Below, piece after piece: positions 43,050-55,232 of a DNA stretch of 64,000 bases (position 1 is the first letter of the stretch; each line of letters starts with the position of its first letter). Source of the stretch: Trichoplax adhaerens (Eukaryota; Animalia; Placozoa); NCBI RefSeq assembly GCF_000150275.1, contig NW_002060945.1, positions 8,820,011-8,884,010 on the forward strand, in the 5' to 3' direction. A program made the position numbers and the translations under genes. Under the pieces are notes generated by a model. That model was given only the letters and a program-made list of their open reading frames with translations. It was not told where the DNA came from and ran no database searches.

Positions 43050-46000
43050 TCAGTTTAGTGACGGATATCCATTGGATGGATCTAACTTTAACAAGTTTCT
43101 CCATTTAGTTTTTAGGCATTGGACAAATTGTTCCTCATTGCTGTTCGGTAGATTACAATCGTCACCCGAAGTTGTTGCTATGCATTCATTGTATGTTACC
43201 TAAGCATTAGAAATTAATTCTATATTAAAATTTAGCAATCTTCGATATCCGTCAACTTCTTACAACTCTTAAGAAAAGCATGATAAAATAAATTACAACT
43301 TATGCCGTAGGACTGTAACACACGCATACATCTACTCAATCTATATTATCATGTTACAAAATTACAATACCATAGTTTATGATAGCAAATAATCCCAACT
43401 ATAGAACGAAAACTCATACGTAAAAAATGTTACCTTTCCATCTCTATTCGACTTTTGTAAGCCATTATAATGATACAATGTAAAACTTTTAGTGAATTCT
43501 GAATCACTCTAAAGAAATATAACGAAACATGAGCATTGTATGAAAGACGCTACTAATTATAATAGATGACTTAAGACAACGTCCAGTAAAACTTCTAGCA
43601 TGAGAGTCCCTTCCCATGCGGACAATATTATCAAGCTCATTAATCTTACCTCTACGCTAGGGAAAAATTCGTTTAAAAAATTTTTGAGTAAAATAATTCC
43701 CAGGCTATCTTGATCCAGGCATTTAGCCATATAAGATACACTATGGAATATCATAAAATTTATGACATTTCTAACATTTGAATTAGATGTCATTGTACCA
43801 TATGTCTCTTACTATTCAATGTCAGTCTCTAGTCCAAGTTCCTCCATTACATTTCCCAGCTTTTCATTAGGAATGAAGCCGTTCTCTAGTTTTTAATTAA
43901 TACATGAAGCTTTTCAGATTGAGGCTATCGATCTTATACTTTTAGATTATTGTTGTACCAGTTTCGTCGTATTTCAAAAAAGTTCTTATAGCTTCACTCC
44001 TAGGATCTTCAGTGCAGGCCAACGAACGATCCTATCAAGAAAAAATTTAAAATGCACAATCAACTAATTATTAACAATATTATTTTATGCTCGACATAGT
44101 CCGTTTACCGTCGAAAATAGCACAGTTAGATGTTCAGCACTGCTTAAAATCCAAATAGGATTAGCAGGATTTTTGAGGAAAGATCCTACCTATAAGCATA
44201 TGACGCATGTTAACGTAATAAAATAAGAAATTATTGCAAAGCATTACAAGTTGCGCATGATACATCAGACATCGCATCGCACATATTAACTTTGTTATCA
44301 GATTATTACCTCACAGTATCTAAGATGTTCCATTAGTGATAAGAATCCAATTTGTGGCTGTTTTTGTATACCAAATAGAACTACCATAATTATATAATTA
44401 ACAAAATAATCTCAATAATGACAATCACTTTTCCAATTAAGTACTGCAAAGTATCTAGAAAATAGCGTGATTAAGTTTTACCTAATCCGTCAATATTTCT
44501 AGTGTTATCCCAAATATTAGCGACTGCACTTCCAGTGATCATCAAGTTTATTAAACTCTGGCTGTTGAAAAAATTTTGAGTGTTCATTCAATTTTTGCGT
44601 CATATTAAAGTATAAAAGGCTGCGTTAATGGCATAAACTTTTAAGAAATCGTAGATAGGAGAAATATCAAGACCTGCCGTAACCAAAGGTTGGATCGATC
44701 AATGGTTCTGCTGTTTCTTCTCTATCATTTTGAATGCTTTCCAAGCCTTTACTCAGAATAACTGAATATAATAACGACAGAACACCAAATTGGCCTTGAA
44801 ATATCTGCAGTTCATTTCGTATCCATGTTTTAAGTGATTCTGTGTCATTAAATATCCATTGCCTTGATTCGTACAACAGTAATAATTCTGTTACTTTGTA
44901 GAATATTAAATATTCATTGCGTAGCAAATGCTCGAAAAAAATGAAGGTACTGTATATTATAGTATATTTCTTATAGCTATTATAAATTCTATACTAATGA
45001 AATAAATATACATGTACAGAGATTATCGTTACAGAATACCTTAATTTTAAATGAAAATCTTCAACATTTATAATTTCTTGATTGGTATTAGATTCTAAAA
45101 ATAAGAAAGAGTCGAAAAATAATCAGGTGTACTTTAAAGTAATAGTGGTATTTTTAATCTTTAAATAACGATTTTATGAATGCAGCATAATTTTAATCTA
45201 TTACCGTTATCTGTTGAATTTTTGGGCAATGCAACGATAATATAACGATCAACCTGCAGTGATTTAATAATATGAAATATCGCTCCTGCCAGTAATTGAT
45301 TTACTTCTTCATCTAATAACGAACAAGAAGATAGATGGATGAATTTTAGTTGGTATAGTGTTACATTCAGTTTACATAAAGTGAGAATACGTATATCTGT
45401 TTCGATTGTTAGATAATCTCTATATTTGCTTTCTCTTAAATTAATTTTAGAACTTTTATGCATTCAAGTTTTAAATTAATCTATGCGCAATAGTTTTATA
45501 TAAACTATACCATTTAAATGATTCCATGATATATCTCCGCTAGTTTTTTCTCTAAATAGTAGTTCTAGTAAGATATTTGCCTATTAACGTGATAAAATTT
45601 TGATATTCAAATGTGTTAGATCAATAGAATAGAAAATAATATATTAGTTGAAAAGTTTAATTGAACTTTTTGATTGTATTTCTAGTATTAAAATATGAAT
45701 TTTTTTACATAAGTGCTTACAGCTACTGTAATAAGGAGTCTATATTACTCTCAATCCTAAGAATATATCATTGGGAGTTTAAGAAAGTCTTAGGATCGAG
45801 TGTAACATTTATTTTTTGAAGAATATACGTCTGTATTCTTAAATTACTACTACTGCATAACACCTGTATATATATAATAGTTAATGACTATTTAAACGTA
45901 ATTACAGAAGAGCAAGATTTAGGGAGTGACATTGTTATCTTTCCTTGATGTTAATCTATTCCGCCATTCAATTAATTGCAGCAATGATTGCAGTAGCATA

Positions 46001-46816
46001 TAAACAGATTAGTTTCTCTTTACCTGAACTGCAGTAATAATCGCGCAAGGACCACCATGATGTTGGATTAAAGCGCTAGGTTCATGCTGGCTGAAAGTGA
46101 AACCTGTGAGATATTGATATAACATTATGCATTATGCGTTAGTTAATTAATATTATTGCTCCTCGATAGTGATCAAAGAAGAGAGAGGATAGACGAGCTA
46201 TCTAGTTAGGATGGAGTATACTTAGATTGTAATCAAATGGCACTAAAATTGAAAAATTGTACTTTTTCAACCTACGAATGTACTGCATTATACAGTATGT
46301 GGTAGAAGTATGGTTCAACAATAACCATAGAATTAAAGACATCTAGTTTTAGTTAAACTTATATCCGCAATTATAGCGAACGGATTCACGCCATGACATT
46401 CGTACAGTACATCATTGTGACAGGTTGAAGGCAAAAGAATGGTAATGGAAATTAATGTTGATTTCTGTTTCAGTAGCTCACTGCTGCTTAACATGCACAC
46501 TGCTCGGACACTGAATACAATCTAAATACGATATCCTATAACACAATATTACTGTGAATGCACATTAGAATGCAAGCCTTGACACCAATGGTGGAAAATA
46601 AGGGCTGTATTTGCTTACAATCTAAATATGACATCCTCTTTAATATATAAGATGACCGTGAATGCAGGTAGAATACAAACCTTGACACCAGCGGCGAAAA
46701 ATAGAGGGCTGTATTTGTTTACCCCACACTATTTCAATTACTGCTGGTAAGACTTCAATTGGAAAGCTATTATGAATTGATGATAACGATAAGCCATTTT
46801 CGGGTTGGTTTGCCAT
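43050..46816 (-). CDS. MINDY3: MINDY-family deubiquitinase 3 (FAM188A)
   Basis: IFRRWCQGFTFSQHEPSALIQHHGGPCAIITAVQA (catalytic Cys), FGVLSLLYSVILSKGLESI..EPLIDPTFGYGSQSLINLMITGSAVANIWD, QIGFLSLMEHLRYCEVGSFLKNPANPIWILSSAEHLTVLFS, LYHYNGLQKSN, CLKTKW..PSLN*. Confidence 0.92.
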
Positions 46817-46943
46817 GGCAATCAAGTATTACCGTGAGCCAAACTGAAGATAGAAAAAGTTAAGGCCAGTAAATAGCAGCAGCGTAGCCAATATTTTCGA
46901 GCACTGATAGGCACAGTGTTGCTCTTGTTGAAATACGGATAGA

Positions 46944-48161
46944 ATGGAGGATAGCAAGATTTCACGTAAGATTCTTTCTTGACTTTTATTTTACTTCGAT
47001 GGATTTTAAGCAAGGATTTATGCTAGCATTCTTATGTCCAAATTGCTCGAATTAGAAAGTGGCTAGAAGAAGGATAACAAGACCAGGCATAAGATTCTTT
47101 ACGATACTTTCAATCAAGGTTCGTCCAAGAATTGAATACAGTTAAGTATCTCTATCTTGACAATTCAGTAGAATGATACCGTACTATTACTAATTGTATG
47201 GAATTAATGATTAATGGAGATTAAAGAGATGATTCTACAAGATTTAATTTACCAATTTCTTCATCAATCGCTTCGCCATTAAGAGCCAAGGCGTTCATTC
47301 ATCGAATGTCTCTAGTCCAGTCCAGTCTATCGTATAAAGTGGTTGGATTATTACTAGAGGAAATGACTGGTCATTTAGCAGTACATGATACAGTATAGTA
47401 CTATACCAGTTTGGTCATTTTTGCCTCATTGATAGTATACGCTACCGTTGAAACCGTATAACTATACTATAGAAAATCAATCAAACAGGCTAATTTCTCT
47501 TTCTTATTTGAACTGTAGTCCTGTAGGGAATAAGGATATTAATTATGTCGAGCTCGATAGTGCAAGGTATAGAGGAGAATATCAGGTATATTTGCTTTTA
47601 CAATTTTCAGACTTGATGCTCACCATGCTCGCTACAGTTGATAGGGTTGCTATGACTTGCATTATGATAGAATAAATCAATCTGCAGCTTATGGATAGAA
47701 TAACTTGATCTACGAACGTATATGTTCATCTTGGCATAGACCCGAATTACTCATGGTAGTATTGAGACGTGTATGTAATATCATGATCTGTATTAGAATT
47801 AGATGTTTTTAGATTTAATGTTAGCGCTATGTAAGATCGGTCGCGAGACCGTTGTTTAGCTGTGCTGATTGAATTCTGATTGATCACATCGCAAGCCGAG
47901 GATTATATATATATATATGTAATTATCTACTTAGAGCGAGATGAAGCTGTGAGGCCAAGGCGAACCTGATTGGCCCTGAAAGACCAAATCAAGAGTCAAG
48001 AGGATGAAAACAAGGCACGATTAGCGACAGCCAAAGTTTATAGTAACATGTTAATAAATGTTAATCCAGTTATGGGAATCTTTGTGTTAGAGATTTGTCC
48101 AAAATACGTTGACAAACCACGAAGACCTGAATGGTATAAAGGGTCTTGGAGGGAGAGCTAA
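46944..48161 (+). pseudogene. Putative small spliced gene with two in-frame stops, head-to-head with MINDY3; product unknown
   Basis: Phase-consistent GT-AG exons 46944-46965, 47056-47118, 47527-47585, 47937-48035 and 48093-48161 give about 103 codons, interrupted by TAG (47064) and TGA (47967). AATAAA near 48262. No family recognised. Confidence 0.3.
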
Positions 48162-49636
48162 AGTAGCCTCTCAGATCTGCTAAGTCAAGAATACTAGACG
48201 ACTTTTTTACTATTGGTTATAGTCTCTTTTATTGCTAATATCCTATAACCTTTTAATACTGTAATAAAGTTATCACGATGTTCGGTCTCGACATCATTGT
48301 GAACAGTAGTCTAGAATAGCTTAGAAGTAACTATTATTAATACACGCATCAAGGGATACTTTTAGTAATCCACGACTTGATCGTGAAGACTCCAACAAAG
48401 ATAAAAAATACAGTATTCCAAGGGATACTATTCATCTTTCATTTTTGTTTATTGAGGATAGGCCATCCTAGGCACAGTGAGTACTTGTCTACAATAAGAA
48501 AAGTCTTGTTATCGTTGTGAAATAAACCCAAGTACTTACTGTACGTGTTTATAATTCTGGACAATACTTAAAAAGATAACCAATTTCAACATCCCTACAT
48601 CCTGTAGATTTACATGGTCGTATAAAAAAAGGTCATTAACATATACATATTTATAATCTGTTGAAGATATTCTTAAAAAGGATGTGTAAATAGTTTCAAT
48701 AGAATACACAATACAGCCATTTTAAATGCTCTCTACAGAGATTCACATACCTCTTACGAGTTTCAAATAAATTTCTAAATTATAATTATTATGGTCATAA
48801 ATTAGTATACCTATAGCATTAGAACGCAATACAGAAATGTCATAATCTTTTTTCGATCTTATGCCAGTAATAACTTGGGATAATATGCAGCAATATTGAA
48901 AATAAGTCACTGTGCAGTGGGTAATGTGTCTAGTTGTAATGTAAGAGTCTATCATGAGTTCATTCTGCAGCATAACTTGAACTTATTTACTTCAATGAAG
49001 TCACGTTAAACGCAGAATCTAAATTTTATGCTAAGAGATGGATTAACCCTAATTTCGTTACGTGTACATGTCTAACGGTATTGACTATTGACAAAATATT
49101 AAAATGTATTATTTGAAATCCTTATTAGGATGCTCGATCATATACATATGGATAGGCTGTGTTTGTCGGAATAAAAACGACTAAAAATGAAGTCGAAAGT
49201 TATCAAAGGCGTACTATAAGTTGATAATGTAAAGTTATATTGTAATTAAAAATAATAACAATATAGAAACATGTAATTGTGCATGAATCTTCTATTTTTT
49301 GGAAAAGATAGGTAAAACTCAACGTTGCCTACTGATTCCATATGAAGGCCAGAAGACTTTCGGTACATCCATTTACTATAAGACAAGCTATTAAAATCGG
49401 ATATTATATATTTGATCGTAAACGATGAGGAATTGATTACATTTCTAAGTGCAATTATCTATATAAGGCAGTAGAATCGCAAAGTCCAATAACGATGCAG
49501 CTTGATAATTAATATAATGTTCTTTCTATAGGCATAACAACTGATAAATATAACTCAACTTTTACTTCCTTCGATATGGCCGCGTAAAAAATATCTTGCT
49601 TTCGACTAAAGGTGATTTAGAGAAAGAACTCATACG

Positions 49637-52589
49637 CTAAATTTTTCGTTCTCGTTCAACAAATTCATATAAAAAATCGTATATATTTTGTAGTCCCTTG
49701 AGAAATCCTTCATCAGGACCTTCATAAGGAGGCAATTTATGGAGCAACCTATCACAAGTTGTGTGAGCCAAATCGATTATACGAATATCAATGTCAGCCT
49801 TGTTGGTGCGATTCTTACCTGGGCTATCCAGCTGGCCCTCGTAGATGAAAAGTAAAGAACTGGAGAAAAATCGGTAACCACGGTGTTCCTCTATAACTTG
49901 TTTCATTTCTTTTAGTCTTTGCAGAAAGTCAATGCAAACGTCGACTCGCAATTTGTCAGTACCATTGCAAAGAAATTCATATAAATGATGTTTAAAGCCC
50001 TCAACAGATAATGATCGGCAGTAATATTTATCACGACGACGGAACGCTCTTTCTGCTTCGCTATAGATCTATTAGCACACAATGGTATTTTTTAGTATTC
50101 TTTAATGCAGGAAAATTATTACGTTTTATACCGTAGTGTACATACGACTTATCTATTATTCAATCAGTGGTAATTTGAAATATTCTACTAATAAAGTAGT
50201 ATTATTTAATCATGATTTTCATACTTGATCAAAATAACGCTTGTAAATGTTATCTCTTAGCATTAATCTAAAGCTTATTGGCAACTATATAATTCAATAT
50301 GATAAACAGGATAAGATTTGTTGTCAATTCCTACCTGCATGCCACACATACGAACACCTAATTTGCTGGAGGTTGTACTTTTAGTCCTTTCCATTTGCTT
50401 CTGAGCTTTTACGCTGGAAGCAGTATCTCCATGCTGTCTTGTGCCCATTTTAAGATCTAAGATGCAAGGATTGATAAATTTGGAGGATACATTCTCTAAA
50501 AGAATGTATGCTGAATCTTCAGTTAAGCAAATATCATTATGGTAATGATAAACGTTGATTATAATTGATCAGTTAAGCTGGTAACAAGGACGGGCTACGA
50601 AAGATTGGAAAGTTTCTAAAAAATTTCTAAGGATACATTCTAACTTGTCAGTATCTGCGAGACCTTGTGAGCTACACTCTGGTCCTTTACTAGTGGTCTG
50701 TTGATTGATTTCTACATTTGAATGGAGTGCAATAGGTAATTACGAATAGGTTGATCCATTTCAATTGTTATAACAGGTTATTCATATGTAGAACAGTTAG
50801 GATAAATTACGACTAGCCAATCTCTTTTTTCGAATAATTACCTTTGTCACTTTTTGATGTATCGCAAGATTCTTCTTTCTTATAGATATCATTGACGATC
50901 CTAAATAGAACAACAATGATGTTGATATAGCTAAGATTGGAAACTCTTGTGGATTATTTATGATGATATGATACAAGGTGATTACTACTCTATACGTATA
51001 CATGAAAGTGATTCAATCATTTTGAATACTAGTTATTTATACAATATTTGGAACGTCTCTACTAATTGAATCAATGGCAATGAACAAGACGATCAAGATG
51101 TTGGCTGATACAGTGTTGATAATATCAATAGACACTATACGAGTTATTTAAAGCAAATTGATGCACATCGCTTGTAGTAGCGATGAGAAAAGTAAGTACT
51201 GTGTATAATCTTACTCAGGCGAGAAATATTCTTTTGTAAAGTCCAAGTCTGTAGCAGATAAATCAGCTTCTGTTACTCGATAAGCACGTATTCTTTCTTC
51301 ATCTTTCATATCAATTTTTACGATACCTGTCCAATGTAAAGATTTCATGTTGAAACATAAAAGACGATGACAAGAAAACGTTATTCAATATCTAGATGAG
51401 CCAATGTATGAGTGTATATCCTCATAGTGTACATGTATGTTAAAAGAGTGTAACAATTCATTACTTTTGTCAATCATACTAAAAGAAAAGTCATATACAG
51501 CAACAGCATTTTGAAATGGACGCTTATACAATAGTACAGTATTGAAGTAGGATGACTGTAGGTAAGTAGGTATAGCAACATGATGGAAAATTTGTTTCTG
51601 CTGTTGAATTTTGAGTCAATCCATTACTGTCCAATGTCCATTGGCGGACTATGCATCTCTTTAGTAGTAGCTATACTCGTATATTAAGTCAATATGTTCA
51701 ATTTGCAAACTTGAAGCGTATGAAAGCTGATTATGCAGTTTACTGAACTTTAAGCTGTTTCTAGACAGGTAAGTATATTTACGTCACAAGATCATGACTG
51801 TAGCCAACAGAGTGAAAGGTTGTGGTATGGATAGGATTGCAAGATGAATTTTGCAGTTTCAGGATTTGAAATTATTGTACTGTATACAGGTAAGCATAGG
51901 AGTTTTAAGTTTAACATCATTTCAACAGCTGAGTGAGTAGAAGATGCAGCCATTGTGAAGATGACTATACTGCTGTCTATACGAGTAGAATGAGTCGATG
52001 GCACATCGTATTTTAAGAATCATTTGGTGGATCATCCTGAGTTGCATCTCTTGCATAACAGTAGTTGGACTGATATCCTGTCAAGGTATCCATCCACCTG
52101 TACGCTGTCTATTACTCCATACGAATATTGACTGTATTTTTCCGAGCATAGTCTACGGCGTATGATGGAAATGTCGATTACTGTCAATGGTCGTTTGATA
52201 CAGCAAACATGGTGGCGGCTAAGACGTTGCTTTGGACCTTTAATGAATCAATCGGCAGTTCTACTGTAATAAAAAGTATCGCATGGAAGTTGCAGATTAA
52301 AGTCCTACTGGAGTCTACTTCAAACATACGCGTCAATATCCTATGACTATTTTAGTTGTTCTCTCTCCATAAGTCGTCCTCAGTTGAGCTAATTGTTCAA
52401 TGCACCTTTATAATCTGGTATAAAAGATCGCAAGGAATTTTTTAATCTTTTATAGAAATAAAACTCTCGCGGCAATAACGCTTTACATATCGTCGTTTCA
52501 TCGAACAAATATATCGTGTTATGGCCACCAACTCGATGGAAAAATTCGTTCACGATCGTGCCTGAGCTTGGACTTTCTCCTGCATCCAT
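49637..52589 (-). CDS. IP6K: Inositol hexakisphosphate kinase (IP6K), copy A (canonical)
   Basis: [29 protein letters not shown]; [22 protein letters not shown] (PxxxDxKxG); [13 protein letters not shown]; DKYYCRSL; [14 protein letters not shown]; IRIIDLAHT; [10 protein letters not shown]. Six exons. Confidence 0.93.
50511..50636 (-). other. U12-type (minor spliceosome) GT-AG intron in IP6K copy A
   Basis: 5' splice site GTATCCTT; TTGCTTAAC branch site ending 11 nt before the intron end; no polypyrimidine tract; reading frame preserved (phase 1). Confidence 0.85.
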
Positions 52590-52827
52590 GTTGGCTGACT
52601 TTGAATCACTAGGATAGAACTCTACAGTATAATTTATTCATGATAATTATTAGCTTATAATAATGTAATAAAATAAAATAAAATAATAATATGGATCGTC
52701 ACTGTCACTGCATACGCCTCACTACAAGAGTACTGTACGTCACGCCTCTAGGAATGTACTTTACAGTGTACAGTACTGTCATGTACACTACATTATACTG
52801 TAGGGAGTCACGTATTACAACTCCGTT

Positions 52828-53236
52828 CAATCATGATAGTGCGCATGGTCCATGGACTGCTACAGGGCAGGACAGGAAACTCTATTCGGACGGCCGGACA
52901 TTTTCACGACTAGTGATACACTGTACAGTGTACAGTGTATCACTACTATACTATACAGTACACTACTATTAATGACAATTATTCGCAATCATGATAGTGC
53001 GCATGGTCCATGGACTGCTACAGCCTACAGGGCAGGACAGGAAAACTCTACTCGGACGACCGGACATTTTCACGAGTACACTGTACACTAGTGTACAGTA
53101 CTATTCGTCTATACCATACACTAGTATTAGTGACAATTATTAGCAATCATGATAGTGCGCATGGTCCATGGACTGCTACAGCCTACAGGGCAGGACAGGA
53201 AACTCTACTCGGACGGCCGGACATTTTCACGACTAG
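52828..53236. repeat. 158-bp tandem repeat (about 2.6 copies) upstream of IP6K copy A
   Basis: CAATCATGATAGTGCGCATGGTCCATGGACTGCTACAG..GGACATTTTCACGA occurs at 52828, 52986 and 53144. Confidence 0.95.
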
Positions 53237-54576
53237 GGTAGACACTGTACTATACTGTACTATACAGCAATACTGTACTGTACATTGCAAACATTTCTAA
53301 TCGTGCTGTGCAATTCAGGAATTTTATTTCAAATAAAATACTAGTTGAAATCTATTCTATTTCACTTCGCTCTGCATGAAAGTAGTGATATAAAATCATG
53401 AATTTTCTATAGAAATGATGAAGAAAAATAGACACGGAAGATCGCATAGTAAGTAGCTCAAGAAATGCCTATGTCATGACTACTGTGTACTGTGTAGTAG
53501 CCCAAAATGCGCGGTAGAAATGGAGTAGAGTACAGTCAACATGGAGCGATACTTGACCCAAGAGAAGAGATTGTAAAGCAACAAGAACATGATGCTGTAG
53601 TCATTGTGGGCAGCTTCTGTGTATTTATCATGGCCTCAAAATGAGGCTTGTCATTTAGTCCACAACAACATGCTGTACTGTCTGTAGTACTGTCTACACT
53701 GTCTGGGTAGAAGCGTAGAACAATGCTGTACAATATTGAGTTTATTTACAGTGTAGTTGAAGAGTTGATTGAGTTCCATTCACCAGCAAGAATAATGTGT
53801 ACACTGTACAGGAATCGTCGGCTTCCATTTTTGCAATACTGTATGTATACTGGAAGAGTGGAAGGACATTTTCCGCTTGTCTTTCTTTGAAGTACTAGTA
53901 CACTTTTCCCAATCAATCATGATACAATAGAGCACAAAGGAATTTACTGGCACGTTCACTAGGAAGAGCAATGATTTATCACTACTATTGCGCATGGAGA
54001 ATTCTGAGCAAGCATTTTCCGTCCTTTCAATTCAATTCAATTTTATTTTAATACAGTTCTCCTTTTCCCTTTTCTCATCATGGCAAAGATTTCCTGGCAA
54101 GTCCCACAGCCATTCTGGATGGTGCATCTCCATACTGTACTCATGTCCATCTGTCCACGACGTAGAGTGTACACTGTACAGTAGTACAGTACAACTGTAC
54201 AGTACTGTGAGTCTGTGAGCATGTGGACTTGTACTGTACCTACAGTATGTACACAGTGTACTGTACACTGAGTAGTCTGGAGATGGTCAGTACTACACGC
54301 TTATTTTCTCTTTACATATAGAAAAAGGAAAAAAATACAACTGGAATGAAGGTAAAAATACCGTACTTTAGACCAACATGGAGCTACAACTGTTGATGCA
54401 AGAATTGTCAAGGCACATAGCAATAATTTGGAATTTCTATCTACTTTGAAATCTTACTGTAAAATGTCCAGAATGAATCAACGTGCCGAACTGGACCCAT
54501 TACGGTCCCGACTCGTCTCGTACAGTACTGGACGAGTGTACGATCGACTACAGTCATGTGACTCTTGACGTACAGT

Positions 54577-54586
54577 GTGACGTCAC
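54577..54586. promoter_or_regulatory. Perfect palindromic CRE (GTGACGTCAC) between the divergent IP6K genes
   Basis: Exact CREB/ATF consensus TGACGTCA about 650 bp upstream of the copy B ATG, with a second half-site at 54566. Confidence 0.45.
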
Positions 54587-54656
54587 TAGGGAGTGTCCTG
54601 ATAACGTTGGCAAACACGGTTAAGGTACGCTCACACGATGAACTTTACTAGACATT

Positions 54657-54731
54657 TGACCACTTTCAATCTGGCATCCTCGACACTGACTGGATATCTG
54701 ACCACTTTCAATCTGGCAGTCTTGACACTGG
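54657..54731. repeat. 42-bp period tandem duplication
   Basis: TGACCACTTTCAATCTGGCA.(C/T)C.T.GACACTG occurs twice. Confidence 0.8.
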
Positions 54732-55232
54732 TGCAAGCTATTGCGCAAGCGTCCCTCTTCAGCAATCCCTACTGTACTATACTGTATAGAACATATATGC
54801 GCGACGCCCACAACTGACCAGAACAGTTGGTTGATGGCGCTTTGATGACCATTTCGTCTCCAAGCCAGTGGCCATTGCCGATTGGAATAGCTTAAAAATC
54901 ATTGATCGTGCCCAAAAGGAAAGAGGAAAAACGCTCTTGGCATCGATTCTAGACTAAATACCAATACTACTATCCTTCTACTGGGTAGTAATGGTAAAGA
55001 ATTGAAGGAAAAAAACAGCCCAAAACAAAGCCATTGCCTTGCTTGACTGACAGCATTGAAAAAGTCTTACTCAAGACGCAGTTGCCACGACTACAAGTTG
55101 TGGCCTAGTCCAATTCTTGCCGCTATCGAGAAGAGCTCCACGCTCATCCACAACATTTTAACTACTGAAATTGATGATTTAAACCTTGATATCAAGGAGT
55201 TTTCTACAAGAATCGACCAAGTTGAAAAGATC

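Noticed and set aside
47967-47969. In-frame TGA as selenocysteine
   Set aside because: The same frame also has a TAG, there is no redox motif and no SECIS was recognised. A pseudogene or mis-modelled gene is more parsimonious.
52828-53236. CRISPR-like repeat-spacer appearance
   Set aside because: Repeats are about 85-90 bp, the spacers are related to each other, there are no cas genes and the context is eukaryotic. It is a tandem duplication.
52691-54811. Cluster of Tyr/Thr/Val/Cys-rich short ORFs between the IP6K genes
   Set aside because: Translations of low-complexity TACAGT-rich and tandem-repeat DNA.
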